Position numbers and translations under genes: made by a program. A stretch of 64,000 nucleotides of DNA from assembly GCA_025054615.1 (NCBI GenBank), contig JANWZO010000006.1:7596-71595 (forward strand), read 5' to 3'. This document shows, one piece after another, positions 9,161-19,597 of the stretch (position 1 is the stretch's first letter; every line of letters begins with the position of its first letter). The notes below the pieces were generated by a model, which made no database searches, was not told the DNA's origin, and saw nothing but the letters and a program-made list of their open reading frames with translations. The DNA is from Kiritimatiellia bacterium (lineage in GTDB: Bacteria; Verrucomicrobiota; Kiritimatiellia; CAIVKH01).

Positions 9161-11398
9161 ATGGCAATGTCAGATCTGACCCGCCGTCAGTTTCTGAAAT
9201 ACGTTGGCGCCGGCGCTGTAGCAACCGCGTTGGGTCCGGGCCTGGGGCCTTTATTCAGAGTGCGAGCTGCGCCGGCGGGCAACGGGTGGCTCACGTGGAA
9301 TCCCGTGCCCTACCCCATTCCGCTCCCCGGGGACCTGGGAAGCGCCGAAGACGATGCAGCACGGCTTGCTGCATTTGAAATCGTGGATGATGTCGTTGTT
9401 CCGCGGGGCTTTCGGTACGACGTAATCGCAAAATGGGGCGACCGGTTCGGGCCTGAAGACGAGCCCGAACGGCAAGTTGTTTTCGGTTACAACGCCGATT
9501 TTGTCGCGTTGTTTCCGACCGAAACGGATGGCGAGTACTGGCTGTTCGTCAATCACGAATACATTTCGGCGACGCCCTGGTTGGAGGGCTATGAGGCGGT
9601 GTTTGGCGTCGCGCTTCACCGCGACGGCCGGGTGGGCGACATGCACCTGGCGCGTGATGTTTTCGACCTCGCGAATGCCACGCCGGATCGGCTCGAGACG
9701 GCACGCGCCATCCGCAGGCTGTGCAAAGCGGCCATGGAGGACCTCGGGATTTCGATCCTTCGCGTGCGGCGTGATCCGGACCAAGGGTATGTCGTCGTTG
9801 CCGACGCGCGGGATCACCGGCGGATCCATGGGGCCGGCCGCGTGAACATCGATGCTTCTACGCCCCTCGAAATGACCGGGCCGGTCGCCGCGCTCGGCGT
9901 CAGTCCGGTTGGAACCTTCGCAAATTGTTCCGGGGGCGTCACTCCCTGGGGCACGGCCCTGAGTTGCGAGGAAAACTTTCAGGATCAGACCGCCGAAGCC
10001 GTGTCGCCGTCTGGACAACCGTTGATGGAAAACTGCCCTTTGTTCTGGGGCGAATGCCTCGAGGACGACTCGCCATTGCCGATCGAATTTTACGGGCTGA
10101 CGACCGGATTATCACCGGTGCCCGACCCGCGCAGCTACGGATGGGTCTGCGAGGTGGATCCGCGCAGCGGCGCCCTCTGGAAACACTCCGCGCTCGGGCG
10201 TTTCCGCCATGAGAACGTGGCGCTTCGGGTCGAGGCGGGCAGGCCGCTCGCCGCCTACATGGGCGACGACCGGCGAGGCGGGCACATATGGAAGTTCGTG
10301 AGCGCGGAACCGGTGCGAGACCCGCGGGATCCCGCCAATCGGACGCTGTTCGAGCGCGGCACGCTGTACGTGGCACAATTCAACGAGGATTTCACCGGCC
10401 GCTGGATCGCTCTCCGGCCCGAGACGCCCTTGGCGCCGGTAGACCCGCAGGATTGCGCCGACGGCGTCGTGAGCCTGCCCCGCCGCCCTGAGGGCGGGAG
10501 CATCCGCGTGGGCGCGGATCTGTCTCTCGACGATTGGCGGACGGCCATCGAACGATTCACCGGGCGGCCGCTGGCCGAATGCACGCTGGGCGATCTGGTT
10601 TCCCGCGCCGCTCCCGCCGAGGCGGTGTTACTGTTGGACGCCTTCCTGATGGCGAATGCCGCCGGAGGCACACCGTGCGCCCGGCCGGAAGACCTCGAAG
10701 TGCATCCTGTCGACCAAAGCGTTTATATCGCCTTTACAGATTCGACGGGCGACGACGACGGCTCGCCAGACGCGCGCATCTTTCCGGATTCCAAGCGGCT
10801 CAATTCCCGGCAGTATGGCGCGATCTACCGGATCGTGGAAGGCGACGGCGGTCCTGCGGCCGAAACATTTACGTGGGGCAAATTTGTGTCCTCCGGCGAA
10901 TGCGCCGATGGCGGCGGTGGTTTTGCATGCGCGGACAACCTGGCGTTTGATCCGGAAGGAAACTTATGGATGGTCACGGACATCACGACCAGCGCCCAAA
11001 ATTTTCCGGTGAATCGGTCGGGAAAAACCGCGCCGGGTTCGAAAAAATTTCCCGGCATTTTCGGAAATAACGCCATGTTCATGATTCCGACCGCGGGCCC
11101 TGAGGCCGGCGTCCCCCGCTGTTTCGCCACCGGCCCGATGGATTGCGAATTCACCGGCCCGTGTTTCACGCCGGAGGGGTTCATGCTGATCGCCGTCCAG
11201 CACCCGGGCGAGGCCAATGGAACTCGCGGTGCGCCAGGCCGCCTGCCGCCGGAGGTTGAGCGCGAGGTGCATATTGCCGGGCGCGACGGCAAAGTATTTG
11301 TTCAGAAACGCATCGTCCCGATCGGCAGCAATTTCCCGGCGAATCAGCTCGGCGCGGTGCCCAAACCGTGCGTGATCTGTATCCGGCCGGAAAGCTGA
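9161..11398 (+). CDS. Tat-secreted PhoX-family phosphatase (DUF839 beta-propeller alkaline phosphatase)
   Basis: Twin-arginine motif TRRQFLKYVGAGAV, the PhoX hallmark NCSGGVTPWGTALSCEEN, and FVNHEY. Confidence 0.75.
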   Translation: MAMSDLTRRQFLKYVGAGAVATALGPGLGPLFRVRAAPAGNGWLTWNPVPYPIPLPGDLGSAEDDAARLAAFEIVDDVVVPRGFRYDVIAKWGDRFGPEDEPERQVVFGYNADFVALFPTETDGEYWLFVNHEYISATPWLEGYEAVFGVALHRDGRVGDMHLARDVFDLANATPDRLETARAIRRLCKAAMEDLGISILRVRRDPDQGYVVVADARDHRRIHGAGRVNIDASTPLEMTGPVAALGVSPVGTFANCSGGVTPWGTALSCEENFQDQTAEAVSPSGQPLMENCPLFWGECLEDDSPLPIEFYGLTTGLSPVPDPRSYGWVCEVDPRSGALWKHSALGRFRHENVALRVEAGRPLAAYMGDDRRGGHIWKFVSAEPVRDPRDPANRTLFERGTLYVAQFNEDFTGRWIALRPETPLAPVDPQDCADGVVSLPRRPEGGSIRVGADLSLDDWRTAIERFTGRPLAECTLGDLVSRAAPAEAVLLLDAFLMANAAGGTPCARPEDLEVHPVDQSVYIAFTDSTGDDDGSPDARIFPDSKRLNSRQYGAIYRIVEGDGGPAAETFTWGKFVSSGECADGGGGFACADNLAFDPEGNLWMVTDITTSAQNFPVNRSGKTAPGSKKFPGIFGNNAMFMIPTAGPEAGVPRCFATGPMDCEFTGPCFTPEGFMLIAVQHPGEANGTRGAPGRLPPEVEREVHIAGRDGKVFVQKRIVPIGSNFPANQLGAVPKPCVICIRPES

Positions 11399-11435
11399 AC
11401 AAAGGGAGGCGCCCCGCGTTCTAATCAGTTCGAAT

Positions 11436-13622
11436 CTAGCTGAGCGGCACGCGCGCCTCGCCGCCAGCGGGAACTCGCGTGCGGGGCAAACGCCAGAGGT
11501 CCGCCCGCGCCAGAAGCTTCGATGGACGAGATTCCACGAGCACCCGGACCTCGGCATCGTGCCCGGTCGGGTTTTTGAGAATCAGCGAATCGCCGGCGAT
11601 CTCGGCTTCGACATGGTCCAGGCACCACACCCGCCCGATGTCCGGCCGCGCATAGACACCTGGCAGTTCGGCGACCGTCAGGAGCAGTGCGACCTCGCTC
11701 CACGTCGAACCGTGGAACACGCCCCCAATATTATCGTCCCAGTCACTTGTATTGACGCGCTCATTGATCCAGCCGGACGGCAGGACGCGCCCGTCTTTCG
11801 CGCGAATCTCGCAACCCGGCCGGGACACCACCTGCGGGAGGAACCGCGCGATATCGCGCAACAAGTCCATCCACCGGACGTCACCGGTGGCCCGAAACAG
11901 ATGCAGCAGACCGACGCCCGCGTGGGTGCAAATTCCCGGCGCGGAGTGCTTGTTCTGCGTGTTGGCAAACACACTGCCCCTCGAGCGGATGTTCAGGCGG
12001 GCGAATTCGGTCCCCTCGGGAAACGGGAAATCATACGGCATCACCCACGTCGAGAGCAGCGCGGCGGCACAACGGCCCGCCTCGACCCAGGCAGGATCGC
12101 CATCTGCGGCGAGAAGCTCGGCGAAGCTCTCGACGAGGGCGGCGCACGACTCGCTGTCGGGATTTTGAAGCGCATCGCCCGGCCCGCCATTGGTGTAGCC
12201 GGCACGCAGCAGATGATCCGCGAATGCCCTGCCAGACTCGCGTGCCACGCGAAGGTATTCCTCCTCACGGAATCGGCGCCAGGCAGCGGCGAGCGCGGCC
12301 GGGACCAGCGCGCCGGATGTGGAGCCGCCGACCAAGATCTCGCCGGTCTCCTGATGAAGGAATTGGCCAAATTGCCGGTTTTTCCGCCATAGGCGCACGA
12401 ATACGTCCGTCGCCGCCCGCAGCGCGCGATCCCAGTCTGGCGGCGCTCGAAAAGCGGGATCTTCCGTCTCTAACCACTCGAGGTGCTTCAGCAGATACCA
12501 CAGCGCGTCCGCCTGTCGACGGGTGAGCGTCCAGGAGTGGGTATAGGGCCGGGCTTTGTCGTGTGTAAAATCCGCGGTCCACACGCCCTCGCGGGTGCAC
12601 TTCCCCCAGAAAAGGCCGCAGGGCCGGGGCGCATTCCGAAAAAAGGTCTCAACGGTTTTTCGCGCGCGGGCCGCCGTCTCGGGCAACCCCATCATCCAGA
12701 GCGGCAGGGTCGCGATCATGCCCCCGCACCAGCCGGTCTGGAACGCGTAATGCGATCCGGGATTGCAATCCGTCGCGTAAAAACCGAAGGCCTCACGCCA
12801 ACAGTCCCGGTTGTAGTGTTCCTCAATGAGCCGGAAGGCGGCGCTAAATGGCAAAACGGCCGGGACGGTCCCATCGCCGGAAAGGCTGGCGCGGCACGCC
12901 GCGACGCGGCCGAAAAATTGCGCTAGGTCATCGCAATGCCATTCGAACACCTGGAGCCGCAGGGTGCGCGATTCCCCCTCCCGCCACGGAACTGCGCAAT
13001 CCGGTGAATCGGCGCACATCATCGGCAGCCGGTACACCGGACTCTGGCGAATGCCGGGGCTGGCGAGCCGAAAAACCGCGCGGCGGCGATCATCCGATTC
13101 CTCGATTTCCCACAGCCAATCGGCTGCCTCTGCAGGGTTGGCCGCCAACACAAACCAACCACGACGTGACCGCGATTCGAACCATCCAAAACCTGGAAAC
13201 GCGAGATCGCCGCTCTTCAGTTGGATGCGGGAAGGACCAGGCTCAAGAGACAAGCGGGGAACGTCGGTGATCAGTTCCGGTGTGTCGACTCCCCGCACAA
13301 GTTCTTCAGGGACGCGAGGCGAATAGGGAACGCGGATCGACCGGAAGCGGTTGCCCGCATAGGCTCCCGCGGGCATCAGGACATAGACTTCGCTCGACCA
13401 CCCTTCCCACTCCCACGCGACACCGGTTGCAGCAGCCGCTGCTCCGCATTCGGACCGGAACTCGACCTCCAGGCGCCCTTTCGGGTCCTCGATCCAGCGA
13501 CCGGCCCAGCCTTGATCGATCCGGAACTCCGGGCCCGAGTCGCCGGATCGAAGGGCCCGCAGGCGCTTCTGAAGCTCCGCGCCCTCATAATGCGAAACTT
13601 CAACGTACAGCTTTGAGATCAT
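11436..13622 (-). CDS. Large hypothetical protein (~729 aa), possibly a glycoside hydrolase/phosphorylase of the (alpha/alpha)-toroid type
   Basis: Long ORF with coding-like composition. Start placed at internal ATG (MISKLYVEV...) so that it abuts the upstream gene; no family motif recognised with confidence. Confidence 0.55.
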   Translation of the reverse strand: MISKLYVEVSHYEGAELQKRLRALRSGDSGPEFRIDQGWAGRWIEDPKGRLEVEFRSECGAAAAATGVAWEWEGWSSEVYVLMPAGAYAGNRFRSIRVPYSPRVPEELVRGVDTPELITDVPRLSLEPGPSRIQLKSGDLAFPGFGWFESRSRRGWFVLAANPAEAADWLWEIEESDDRRRAVFRLASPGIRQSPVYRLPMMCADSPDCAVPWREGESRTLRLQVFEWHCDDLAQFFGRVAACRASLSGDGTVPAVLPFSAAFRLIEEHYNRDCWREAFGFYATDCNPGSHYAFQTGWCGGMIATLPLWMMGLPETAARARKTVETFFRNAPRPCGLFWGKCTREGVWTADFTHDKARPYTHSWTLTRRQADALWYLLKHLEWLETEDPAFRAPPDWDRALRAATDVFVRLWRKNRQFGQFLHQETGEILVGGSTSGALVPAALAAAWRRFREEEYLRVARESGRAFADHLLRAGYTNGGPGDALQNPDSESCAALVESFAELLAADGDPAWVEAGRCAAALLSTWVMPYDFPFPEGTEFARLNIRSRGSVFANTQNKHSAPGICTHAGVGLLHLFRATGDVRWMDLLRDIARFLPQVVSRPGCEIRAKDGRVLPSGWINERVNTSDWDDNIGGVFHGSTWSEVALLLTVAELPGVYARPDIGRVWCLDHVEAEIAGDSLILKNPTGHDAEVRVLVESRPSKLLARADLWRLPRTRVPAGGEARVPLS

Positions 13623-15274
13623 GGTTTCTCGACCAGCGCACTGAGGACAGAATCCATCATGCCGGGTGAGGGCGGCTGCCCCGGCCATGCCCAGCCTTTG
13701 GGGATGTACAGCGAAGCGGACAACGGATGCTCCTTGGCCACCTCCTCATACCGGCGCCATGCGGCCTGGAATGCTGCAACGTCCTCATCGCCCACGCGAA
13801 CCGGCTTGCCGCGGGCCGCGCGCCAACGCCGGACCATGATGTCCCATCCGATTGCGATTGCCTCGAACAGCCTAGCCCCGTAAACGGCCGACGCGCGCAA
13901 GGCGTCCGTATCAAAAGCATTCGCACAGGAAATTCCGGCGCTCATTTTGGCGACCTGCTGGAACAGCGCCGCGGCCCGTCGTTTCTCGTCCACCGCGTCG
14001 TCCAGCATGCCGGCGTTCTCCAGCTCCTCGAAAGCGGTCTTGAGTCTTTCAATGCCGCCTAGCCGGTCATCGCGCATCCACAAGCGGCCGCAATCCGCCT
14101 CCGTAAATTTCCGCAGGCGGGCAAGGGCCGGGATGGAGCGCCCGAGCCAAACCGCCTCTTCCGCAAGACGACAAAGTTCGCGGAAGGCTTTTCGATCGGC
14201 TTCTTTCATGCCGAACCGCTCAGCGCACACCCGTTCAAACGCGGCGGCTTCGCCCTCCGCCGGGTTGCGATACCACTCCAGCAGCGCGCGCACATTGAGC
14301 TCGGGCCAAAATTCGTGCTTCAAATACGGCCCGAACCACCCGCCTCCGCGCGACCAGGTCCACAGCCCGCAAAACTGTGGAGATCGAACCCATTCGCGAA
14401 GCCCTTTGGGATTCGGCACCTCCGTGAACCCATCCACCACGCCGCGGATGACATAGTTGGGGAAAGCGCCTTTCCCCTCGTATTCGCGCTGGCATTGCAC
14501 CTCCACGATTTGAGGATGGCGACCGATCCCGATGCAGGCGTTCGGCACGCATCCTCGGAAAAAGTCGCCCGCCGTGTGTTTGATCGAAAACACAAGGTTC
14601 GGATGCGGCTCGATGGAATCAGTCACCGCGAGATAGAACGTCGGGTCGGCATGAAACCGGTCGCCGAAATAATCCCAGGTCCGGTAGATCAGTTGTTTTC
14701 CCCGGCGCACGCATATTTCGTCCCGCAAAAACGCAACAAGCTTCCGGAACCGCGCGATCTGCTCCTCGCGCCCAATTTGGGGATCATGCAGCGGCACCGC
14801 CGTATTCCCAGCGTGGTGCGGCGTATCGAATAGATAACACTCGCCCACACGGATCACGAGCCCGTTCACGTCGGGGAAGCGAGCGAACATCGCGTCGAAC
14901 AGCGTGCGGTGGAGTTCAAGCGTGGCCGGTTTTGTCAGGTCGATCCGGCCCTTCTCGTCGCAAATCTCGCCACGACGCGCCTCGACCACGCGCTTCGGCA
15001 GCAGAAAGAGGTCGACGTGGTAATACACCGACAGGCCCGCTCGTCGCGCCGCGGAGATTTCGGCGTCTCGGGCCGACTGCGCTTGGGCAAGCCAATCCGC
15101 CTCGGCTGCGTCGGCCGGAAAGGGGTCTAGGGCCACCGACGCGTTCAGGTGCTTGAGCACCTGCCCGTTGTAGCCCAGTGCGGCGAGATACGATGGGTCG
15201 GTAAACCGTGTCTGGAGGGGAGGCTCGCCGGGGTTATGGTGGACGAGGTCAAGGAGGTATCTGCGGTCACTCAT
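13619..15274 (-). CDS. Hypothetical protein (~551 aa), possible glycoside hydrolase
   Basis: Long ORF. Start set at MSDRRYLLD (ATG 15274), which overlaps the HAD gene stop by 8 nt; the alternative start is 15313. Family not identified. Confidence 0.55.
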   Translation of the reverse strand: MSDRRYLLDLVHHNPGEPPLQTRFTDPSYLAALGYNGQVLKHLNASVALDPFPADAAEADWLAQAQSARDAEISAARRAGLSVYYHVDLFLLPKRVVEARRGEICDEKGRIDLTKPATLELHRTLFDAMFARFPDVNGLVIRVGECYLFDTPHHAGNTAVPLHDPQIGREEQIARFRKLVAFLRDEICVRRGKQLIYRTWDYFGDRFHADPTFYLAVTDSIEPHPNLVFSIKHTAGDFFRGCVPNACIGIGRHPQIVEVQCQREYEGKGAFPNYVIRGVVDGFTEVPNPKGLREWVRSPQFCGLWTWSRGGGWFGPYLKHEFWPELNVRALLEWYRNPAEGEAAAFERVCAERFGMKEADRKAFRELCRLAEEAVWLGRSIPALARLRKFTEADCGRLWMRDDRLGGIERLKTAFEELENAGMLDDAVDEKRRAAALFQQVAKMSAGISCANAFDTDALRASAVYGARLFEAIAIGWDIMVRRWRAARGKPVRVGDEDVAAFQAAWRRYEEVAKEHPLSASLYIPKGWAWPGQPPSPGMMDSVLSALVEKP

Positions 15275-15980
15275 GGGACAATGCCTTGTACAGATCGGCT
15301 GGAAGGGTTTCAAAATCGGGCGCGGTCCAGTCCGCGCCCGCCTTTGTCAGCTCGGCGCCGGAGAAGCTAGTCGACAGGCCTAGGCAGCGCGCGCCTGCCT
15401 CTCGGGCTGCACGAACCCCCAGAACCGCGTCTTCGACAACGAGACACGAGCTTGGTTCGAGGCCCAGCGCCGCGGCCGCCGCCAAAAAGATGTCCGGAGC
15501 GGGTTTCTTGCGCTGCACGCGGTCGCCGGTAATGATCGCATCAAAATCGCCGCGGCGCAGCCCGAGTTCGCGCAAATTGCCATCGAGCTTGACTTCATCG
15601 GCGCTTGTGGCGATCGCCAATCGATGCCCCTTCGACCGCGCCTCGTTTAGGAATTCATGCAAACCTGGGACCGGTTGCAACCGGCCTCGGATCACCTCCA
15701 GGTACAACTCATACGTTCGAATCTTGTCCCGCGGCAGCATGAGCCGGATGCCGCGCTGCTCCGCCACCCCGGCCAGATAGCGGTCCTCCCCAGCTCCGAC
15801 GAAAGGCTCGAATTCTTCCGGCTGGACGCGAATACCGTAGGTTTCGAGAAACATTCGACAGGCCGCCTCCGCGATGAACGGCTCCGACAGGCAGAGGACG
15901 CCGTCCATGTCGAAAATGATTCCTGAAATCGACATCGGCAAATAATCTTCGCCCGAACGGTCCGGCTTGCGCAATCCCAC
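15267..15980 (-). CDS. HAD-IA family hydrolase (beta-phosphoglucomutase/phosphatase-like)
   Basis: HAD motif I IIFDMDGVL; motif II/III-like segments (LAIATSA, K..PAPDIF, VVEDAVLGVRAA). Confidence 0.8.
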   Translation of the reverse strand: MGLRKPDRSGEDYLPMSISGIIFDMDGVLCLSEPFIAEAACRMFLETYGIRVQPEEFEPFVGAGEDRYLAGVAEQRGIRLMLPRDKIRTYELYLEVIRGRLQPVPGLHEFLNEARSKGHRLAIATSADEVKLDGNLRELGLRRGDFDAIITGDRVQRKKPAPDIFLAAAAALGLEPSSCLVVEDAVLGVRAAREAGARCLGLSTSFSGAELTKAGADWTAPDFETLPADLYKALSHE

Positions 15981-16080
15981 ATCTGGCGGGCCACCCGCTA
16001 CTGGTAGATTCGGGATTCGGTTTTCCGCTCAGCCGTCTGTTGCAACTCGAACGGACTCCGCTATGCTGCATGAACCAAAT

Positions 16081-16154
16081 GCCCCCGTAGCTCAGTTGGA
16101 CAGAGCATCGGATTTCTAATCCGGCGGTCGCAGGTTCGAATCCTGCCGGGGGCG
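16081..16154 (+). tRNA. tRNA-Arg (anticodon TCT)
   Basis: Manually folded cloverleaf: acceptor GCCCCCG/CGGGGGC, D stem GCTC/GAGC, anticodon stem TCGGA/TCCGG with loop TT-TCT-AA, T stem GCAGG/CCTGC with loop TTCGAAT, discriminator G. No encoded CCA. Confidence 0.9.
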
Positions 16155-16217
16155 CGTCGCCGGCCTGCTTGATCCCGAAGAGCCTTTGCGTACACTGCGC
16201 GGCGTCCAAAGATTTAG

Positions 16218-16871
16218 ATGCACAAATCGAAGATGCTCAAGGCGAAGGAGTTCTGGATGATGCGATTTGGTTTGGTTGTGGTTGCCGCATGGTGTGCCCT
16301 GGTAGCGCTGTCTCACGCTGCTCAGCCAGCCAGCGTGATGGCGGCGGGCGATGTGGATCCCGCTCTGGTCGAGCGCGCGCGTCGATGGGCGGAGGAAAAC
16401 CTCGCGATCCCCGTTCCATATGCGGGATCCCTGGATATTTCCTCGCCCACGGCATCCCTCCACGAGGTCGCCGAGCTGGCCGCGAGAAAACTGCCCGAAG
16501 ACGCCGTGGGCGCCGTTGTCCTGTACCGTGGTGAACCCGATTCGACCAATCACGGTATTTATCGACCGGATTTGCGCGTGGTGGTAGTGAATGTCCGCGA
16601 GCTGTTGAAGGACAATCCCGACGAGGAGCGAATCGGCCGCCGACTGGAGCGCCAGGTGATCCGCGGGATCTGTTCGCTAATGGGCATGGAATACAGCCCC
16701 AATCCGGAAAGCGCGATGACGTATTACTCGACGCTTGAAGAGCTTGATGAGATCGGCCGGAACCTGGATCCGCCTTGGCTGTTAGAGCTGCAGGAGAAAG
16801 CTCGAGACATGGGCATCCCGCTGGATCCCGACAACCCCTACAACATGTTCCGCGAATTTTCGGAGGAGTAG
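16218..16871 (+). CDS. Secreted hypothetical protein (signal peptide), immediately upstream of and likely co-transcribed with serS
   Basis: Hydrophobic N-terminus (MMRFGLVVVAAWCALVALSHA). No catalytic motif recognised. 3-nt gap to serS. Confidence 0.5.
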   Translation: MHKSKMLKAKEFWMMRFGLVVVAAWCALVALSHAAQPASVMAAGDVDPALVERARRWAEENLAIPVPYAGSLDISSPTASLHEVAELAARKLPEDAVGAVVLYRGEPDSTNHGIYRPDLRVVVVNVRELLKDNPDEERIGRRLERQVIRGICSLMGMEYSPNPESAMTYYSTLEELDEIGRNLDPPWLLELQEKARDMGIPLDPDNPYNMFREFSEE

Positions 16872-16874
16872 CTC

Positions 16875-18149
16875 GTGCTCGACCTCAAACGCCTGCGAGA
16901 CGATGAAGCCGCTCTCCGCGCCGGTTTGGCGCGCAAGCGCGCGACAGTGGACCTGGATGCCATTCTCGAGCTCGACCGGGAACGCCGGCGACTTCTCACA
17001 GAGGTTGAGGCCCTCAAAAATCGCCGCAACACGGTGTCCAAAGAGATTGGCCTCCGCAAGCAGCGGGGCGAGGACATCGAAGCGGTCAAGACCGAGATGC
17101 GGGAGCTGGGCGACCAGATTGCCCGGCTCGACCAGCAGGTTCGAGACGTCGAGTCGCGACTCGAAGCGCTCTGGTTGACGGTGCCGAATCTGCCCCACTC
17201 GAGCGTACCCGACGGGGCCGATTCATCCGAAAACAAAGTCGTACGCACATGGGGCGAGCCACGATCATTCGATTTCCCGCCGAGAAATCACGTCGAGTTG
17301 GGTGACCGGCTGGGGATTTTCGACTTCGAGCGAGCGGCGCGCATGACCGGAGCTGGATTTCCGCTCTATCTGGGCGCCGGGGCAAGGCTGGAGCGCGCGC
17401 TCATCCAATTCATGCTCGACCTTCATACCAGAGAACACGGCTACATCGAGATGTCGCCGCCGTTTCTCGTGAACACCGCGTCGATGACGGGCACCGGCCA
17501 ACTGCCGAAGATGAAGGATGACATGTATTCGATCCCGGCCGACGGCCTCTGGCTGATTCCCACGGCCGAGGTGCCTGTCACGAATTATTTCCGCGAGGAA
17601 ATTCTCGAGCGTCCGCTGCCGATTGGGTTTTGCGCGTACACGCCATGTTTTCGCCGCGAGGCCGGCTCGGCAGGCCGCGAGACGAAGGGACTCATCCGCG
17701 TTCACCAGTTCGACAAGGTCGAGTTGGTGCGATTCTGCGAACCAGCCTCTTCGTATGATGAACTAGAGAAGCTGGTCGGCCATGCAGAGGCCGTTCTCCA
17801 GCGACTCGGCATTCCTTACCGCGTGGTCCAACTCTGCGCTGGCGATCTGAGCTTCGCCGCGGCGAAGTGTTACGACATCGAAATCTGGGCCCCGGGTCAG
17901 GGCGCCTGGCTGGAGGTGTCCTCGTGCAGCAATTTCGAGGATTTCCAGGCGCGGCGGGCGGGGATTCGTTACCGCGGCCCCGACGGGAAGCCCTTGCATG
18001 TGCACACGCTGAATGGTTCCGGGGTCGCCCTCGCACGGCTTGTCGTCGCGCTGCTGGAGAACGGGCAACAGGCCGACGGCGCGGTGGAACTGCCCCCTGC
18101 CCTCGCGCCGTACATGGGCGGCATGACGCGCCTCGAACCGTCAGCCTGA
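16875..18149 (+). CDS. serS: Seryl-tRNA synthetase
   Basis: N-terminal coiled-coil arm followed by class II aaRS core (..TGAGFPLY..., [41 protein letters not shown]). GTG start. Confidence 0.95.
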   Translation: MLDLKRLRDDEAALRAGLARKRATVDLDAILELDRERRRLLTEVEALKNRRNTVSKEIGLRKQRGEDIEAVKTEMRELGDQIARLDQQVRDVESRLEALWLTVPNLPHSSVPDGADSSENKVVRTWGEPRSFDFPPRNHVELGDRLGIFDFERAARMTGAGFPLYLGAGARLERALIQFMLDLHTREHGYIEMSPPFLVNTASMTGTGQLPKMKDDMYSIPADGLWLIPTAEVPVTNYFREEILERPLPIGFCAYTPCFRREAGSAGRETKGLIRVHQFDKVELVRFCEPASSYDELEKLVGHAEAVLQRLGIPYRVVQLCAGDLSFAAAKCYDIEIWAPGQGAWLEVSSCSNFEDFQARRAGIRYRGPDGKPLHVHTLNGSGVALARLVVALLENGQQADGAVELPPALAPYMGGMTRLEPSA

Positions 18150-18557
18150 CGCGGTATCCGGATTGGACGGCAGACCGACTGCGCGGTTGTCCGATTCATC
18201 CTTGACGGCGTAGCCTGTCTCCTGGCGGTTCAGATTGATTCTGTTTTTGTCCTTGTAATATGCGAAGACGTCATCCGCGGTCATGCCAAGGACCTGCGCG
18301 GTTGAGATCAGGAAATGAAACAGATCGACCACCTCAACGCGCGCGTTCTGAAGGTCAAATTTCTGGTAGCGGGCCCACCATTTCCACGGGATGCTGTCCG
18401 TCAATTCAGCGATTTCCTGCGACATCGCGCGGCAGTAGTTCAGCACCCATTGCTGTTGCTCCTCCGGCGTCATTTCGCCCACGGGGCGGACGCCGATTCG
18501 CGCGTTGAGCGCCTCCTGCAGCCGGAACATCTCACGCAACATGTCGGGGTCCGCCAT
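18141..18557 (-). CDS. Dimeric (all-alpha) dUTPase-like / MazG-like nucleotide pyrophosphohydrolase
   Basis: Resembles the dimeric dUTPase/dUTPase_2 family ([16 protein letters not shown]...[16 protein letters not shown]...KWWA...[10 protein letters not shown]). Start taken at the ATG with upstream GAAGGAGAG RBS. 3' end overlaps the serS 3' end by 9 nt (convergent). Confidence 0.6.
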   Translation of the reverse strand: MADPDMLREMFRLQEALNARIGVRPVGEMTPEEQQQWVLNYCRAMSQEIAELTDSIPWKWWARYQKFDLQNARVEVVDLFHFLISTAQVLGMTADDVFAYYKDKNRINLNRQETGYAVKDESDNRAVGLPSNPDTASG

Positions 18558-18673
18558 TGCACGCTCTCCTTCTTCCACCACGGGGCGCAGAATAGGGCCG
18601 CCCATGCGGGCCGTCAATTGAGGTCTGGCATCGCGCCTTGAATCTGCTACACAACAAACGTGAGGAATCAGCG

Positions 18674-19597
18674 ATGGAAAATCTGATCATTTTGGGCACT
18701 GGCGCGGCGGGCCTGACCGCGGCGATTTATGCGGCGCGGGCCAACCTGAACCCGCTGGTCATTGACGGCCTCCAACCGGGCGGGCAATTGACGACGACGA
18801 CCGAGGTCGAAAATTTTCCGGGATTCCCCGACGGCATCCTCGGCCCGGACCTGATGAACCGCATGCGCGCCCAAGCCGAGCGCTTCGGCGCGCGCTTTCG
18901 CTTCAACGTGGTGGAGCGCGCCGAGCTGACCGGCTCGCCGTTACGCGTGACACTCGATGACGGATCCACTCTGGAAACAAAAACTCTAATCATCGCCACC
19001 GGCGCGAGCGCCAAGTATCTCGGCCTGCCCAACGAACAGAAACTGATTGGGCGCGGCGTCACCTCGTGCGCCACCTGCGACGGCGCTTTCTACAAGAACG
19101 TCCCCGTCGCCGTGGTAGGCGGCGGCGACTCGGCCATGGAGGAATCGACGTTCCTGACGCGATTTGCCTCCATCGTTTACCTGATCCATCGCCGCGACCA
19201 GTTTCGCGCGTCGAAGATCATGGCCCAGCGCGCGCTGTCCAACCCGAAGATCAAGCCGATCTTCAATACCGTAATCGAGGACGTGTACGACGTCTCGCGG
19301 AATGAAGTCACCGGCCTCCGATTGAAAAATGTCGTGACGGGCGAGACCTCCGATCTGGACGTCAAAGCGCTGTTCGTCGCGATTGGCCACACGCCGAACA
19401 CGGCGCCCTTCCGCGGCCAGTTGGAGATGGATGAGCGCGGCTATCTGATCACGCGGAATACTCGGACCAACATCCCGGGCGTGTTCGCTGCGGGAGACGT
19501 GCAGGACCCCGTCTATCGGCAGGCCGTTACGGCCGCGGGCTCCGGCTGCATGGCCGCCCTGGAGGCCGAGCGCTACCTGGAGGCCCTCGGCCATTGA
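18674..19597 (+). CDS. trxB: Thioredoxin-disulfide reductase
   Basis: FAD site ILGTGAAGLTAAIYAARA, redox-active CATCDG, NADPH site VAVVGGGDSAMEE. RBS GAGGAA upstream of the ATG. Confidence 0.9.
   Translation: MENLIILGTGAAGLTAAIYAARANLNPLVIDGLQPGGQLTTTTEVENFPGFPDGILGPDLMNRMRAQAERFGARFRFNVVERAELTGSPLRVTLDDGSTLETKTLIIATGASAKYLGLPNEQKLIGRGVTSCATCDGAFYKNVPVAVVGGGDSAMEESTFLTRFASIVYLIHRRDQFRASKIMAQRALSNPKIKPIFNTVIEDVYDVSRNEVTGLRLKNVVTGETSDLDVKALFVAIGHTPNTAPFRGQLEMDERGYLITRNTRTNIPGVFAAGDVQDPVYRQAVTAAGSGCMAALEAERYLEALGH

Noticed and set aside
9251-10018. Minus-strand ORF 9251..10018 (255 aa) antisense to phoX
   Set aside because: Antisense to a gene with clear PhoX motifs and a Tat signal; no features of its own.
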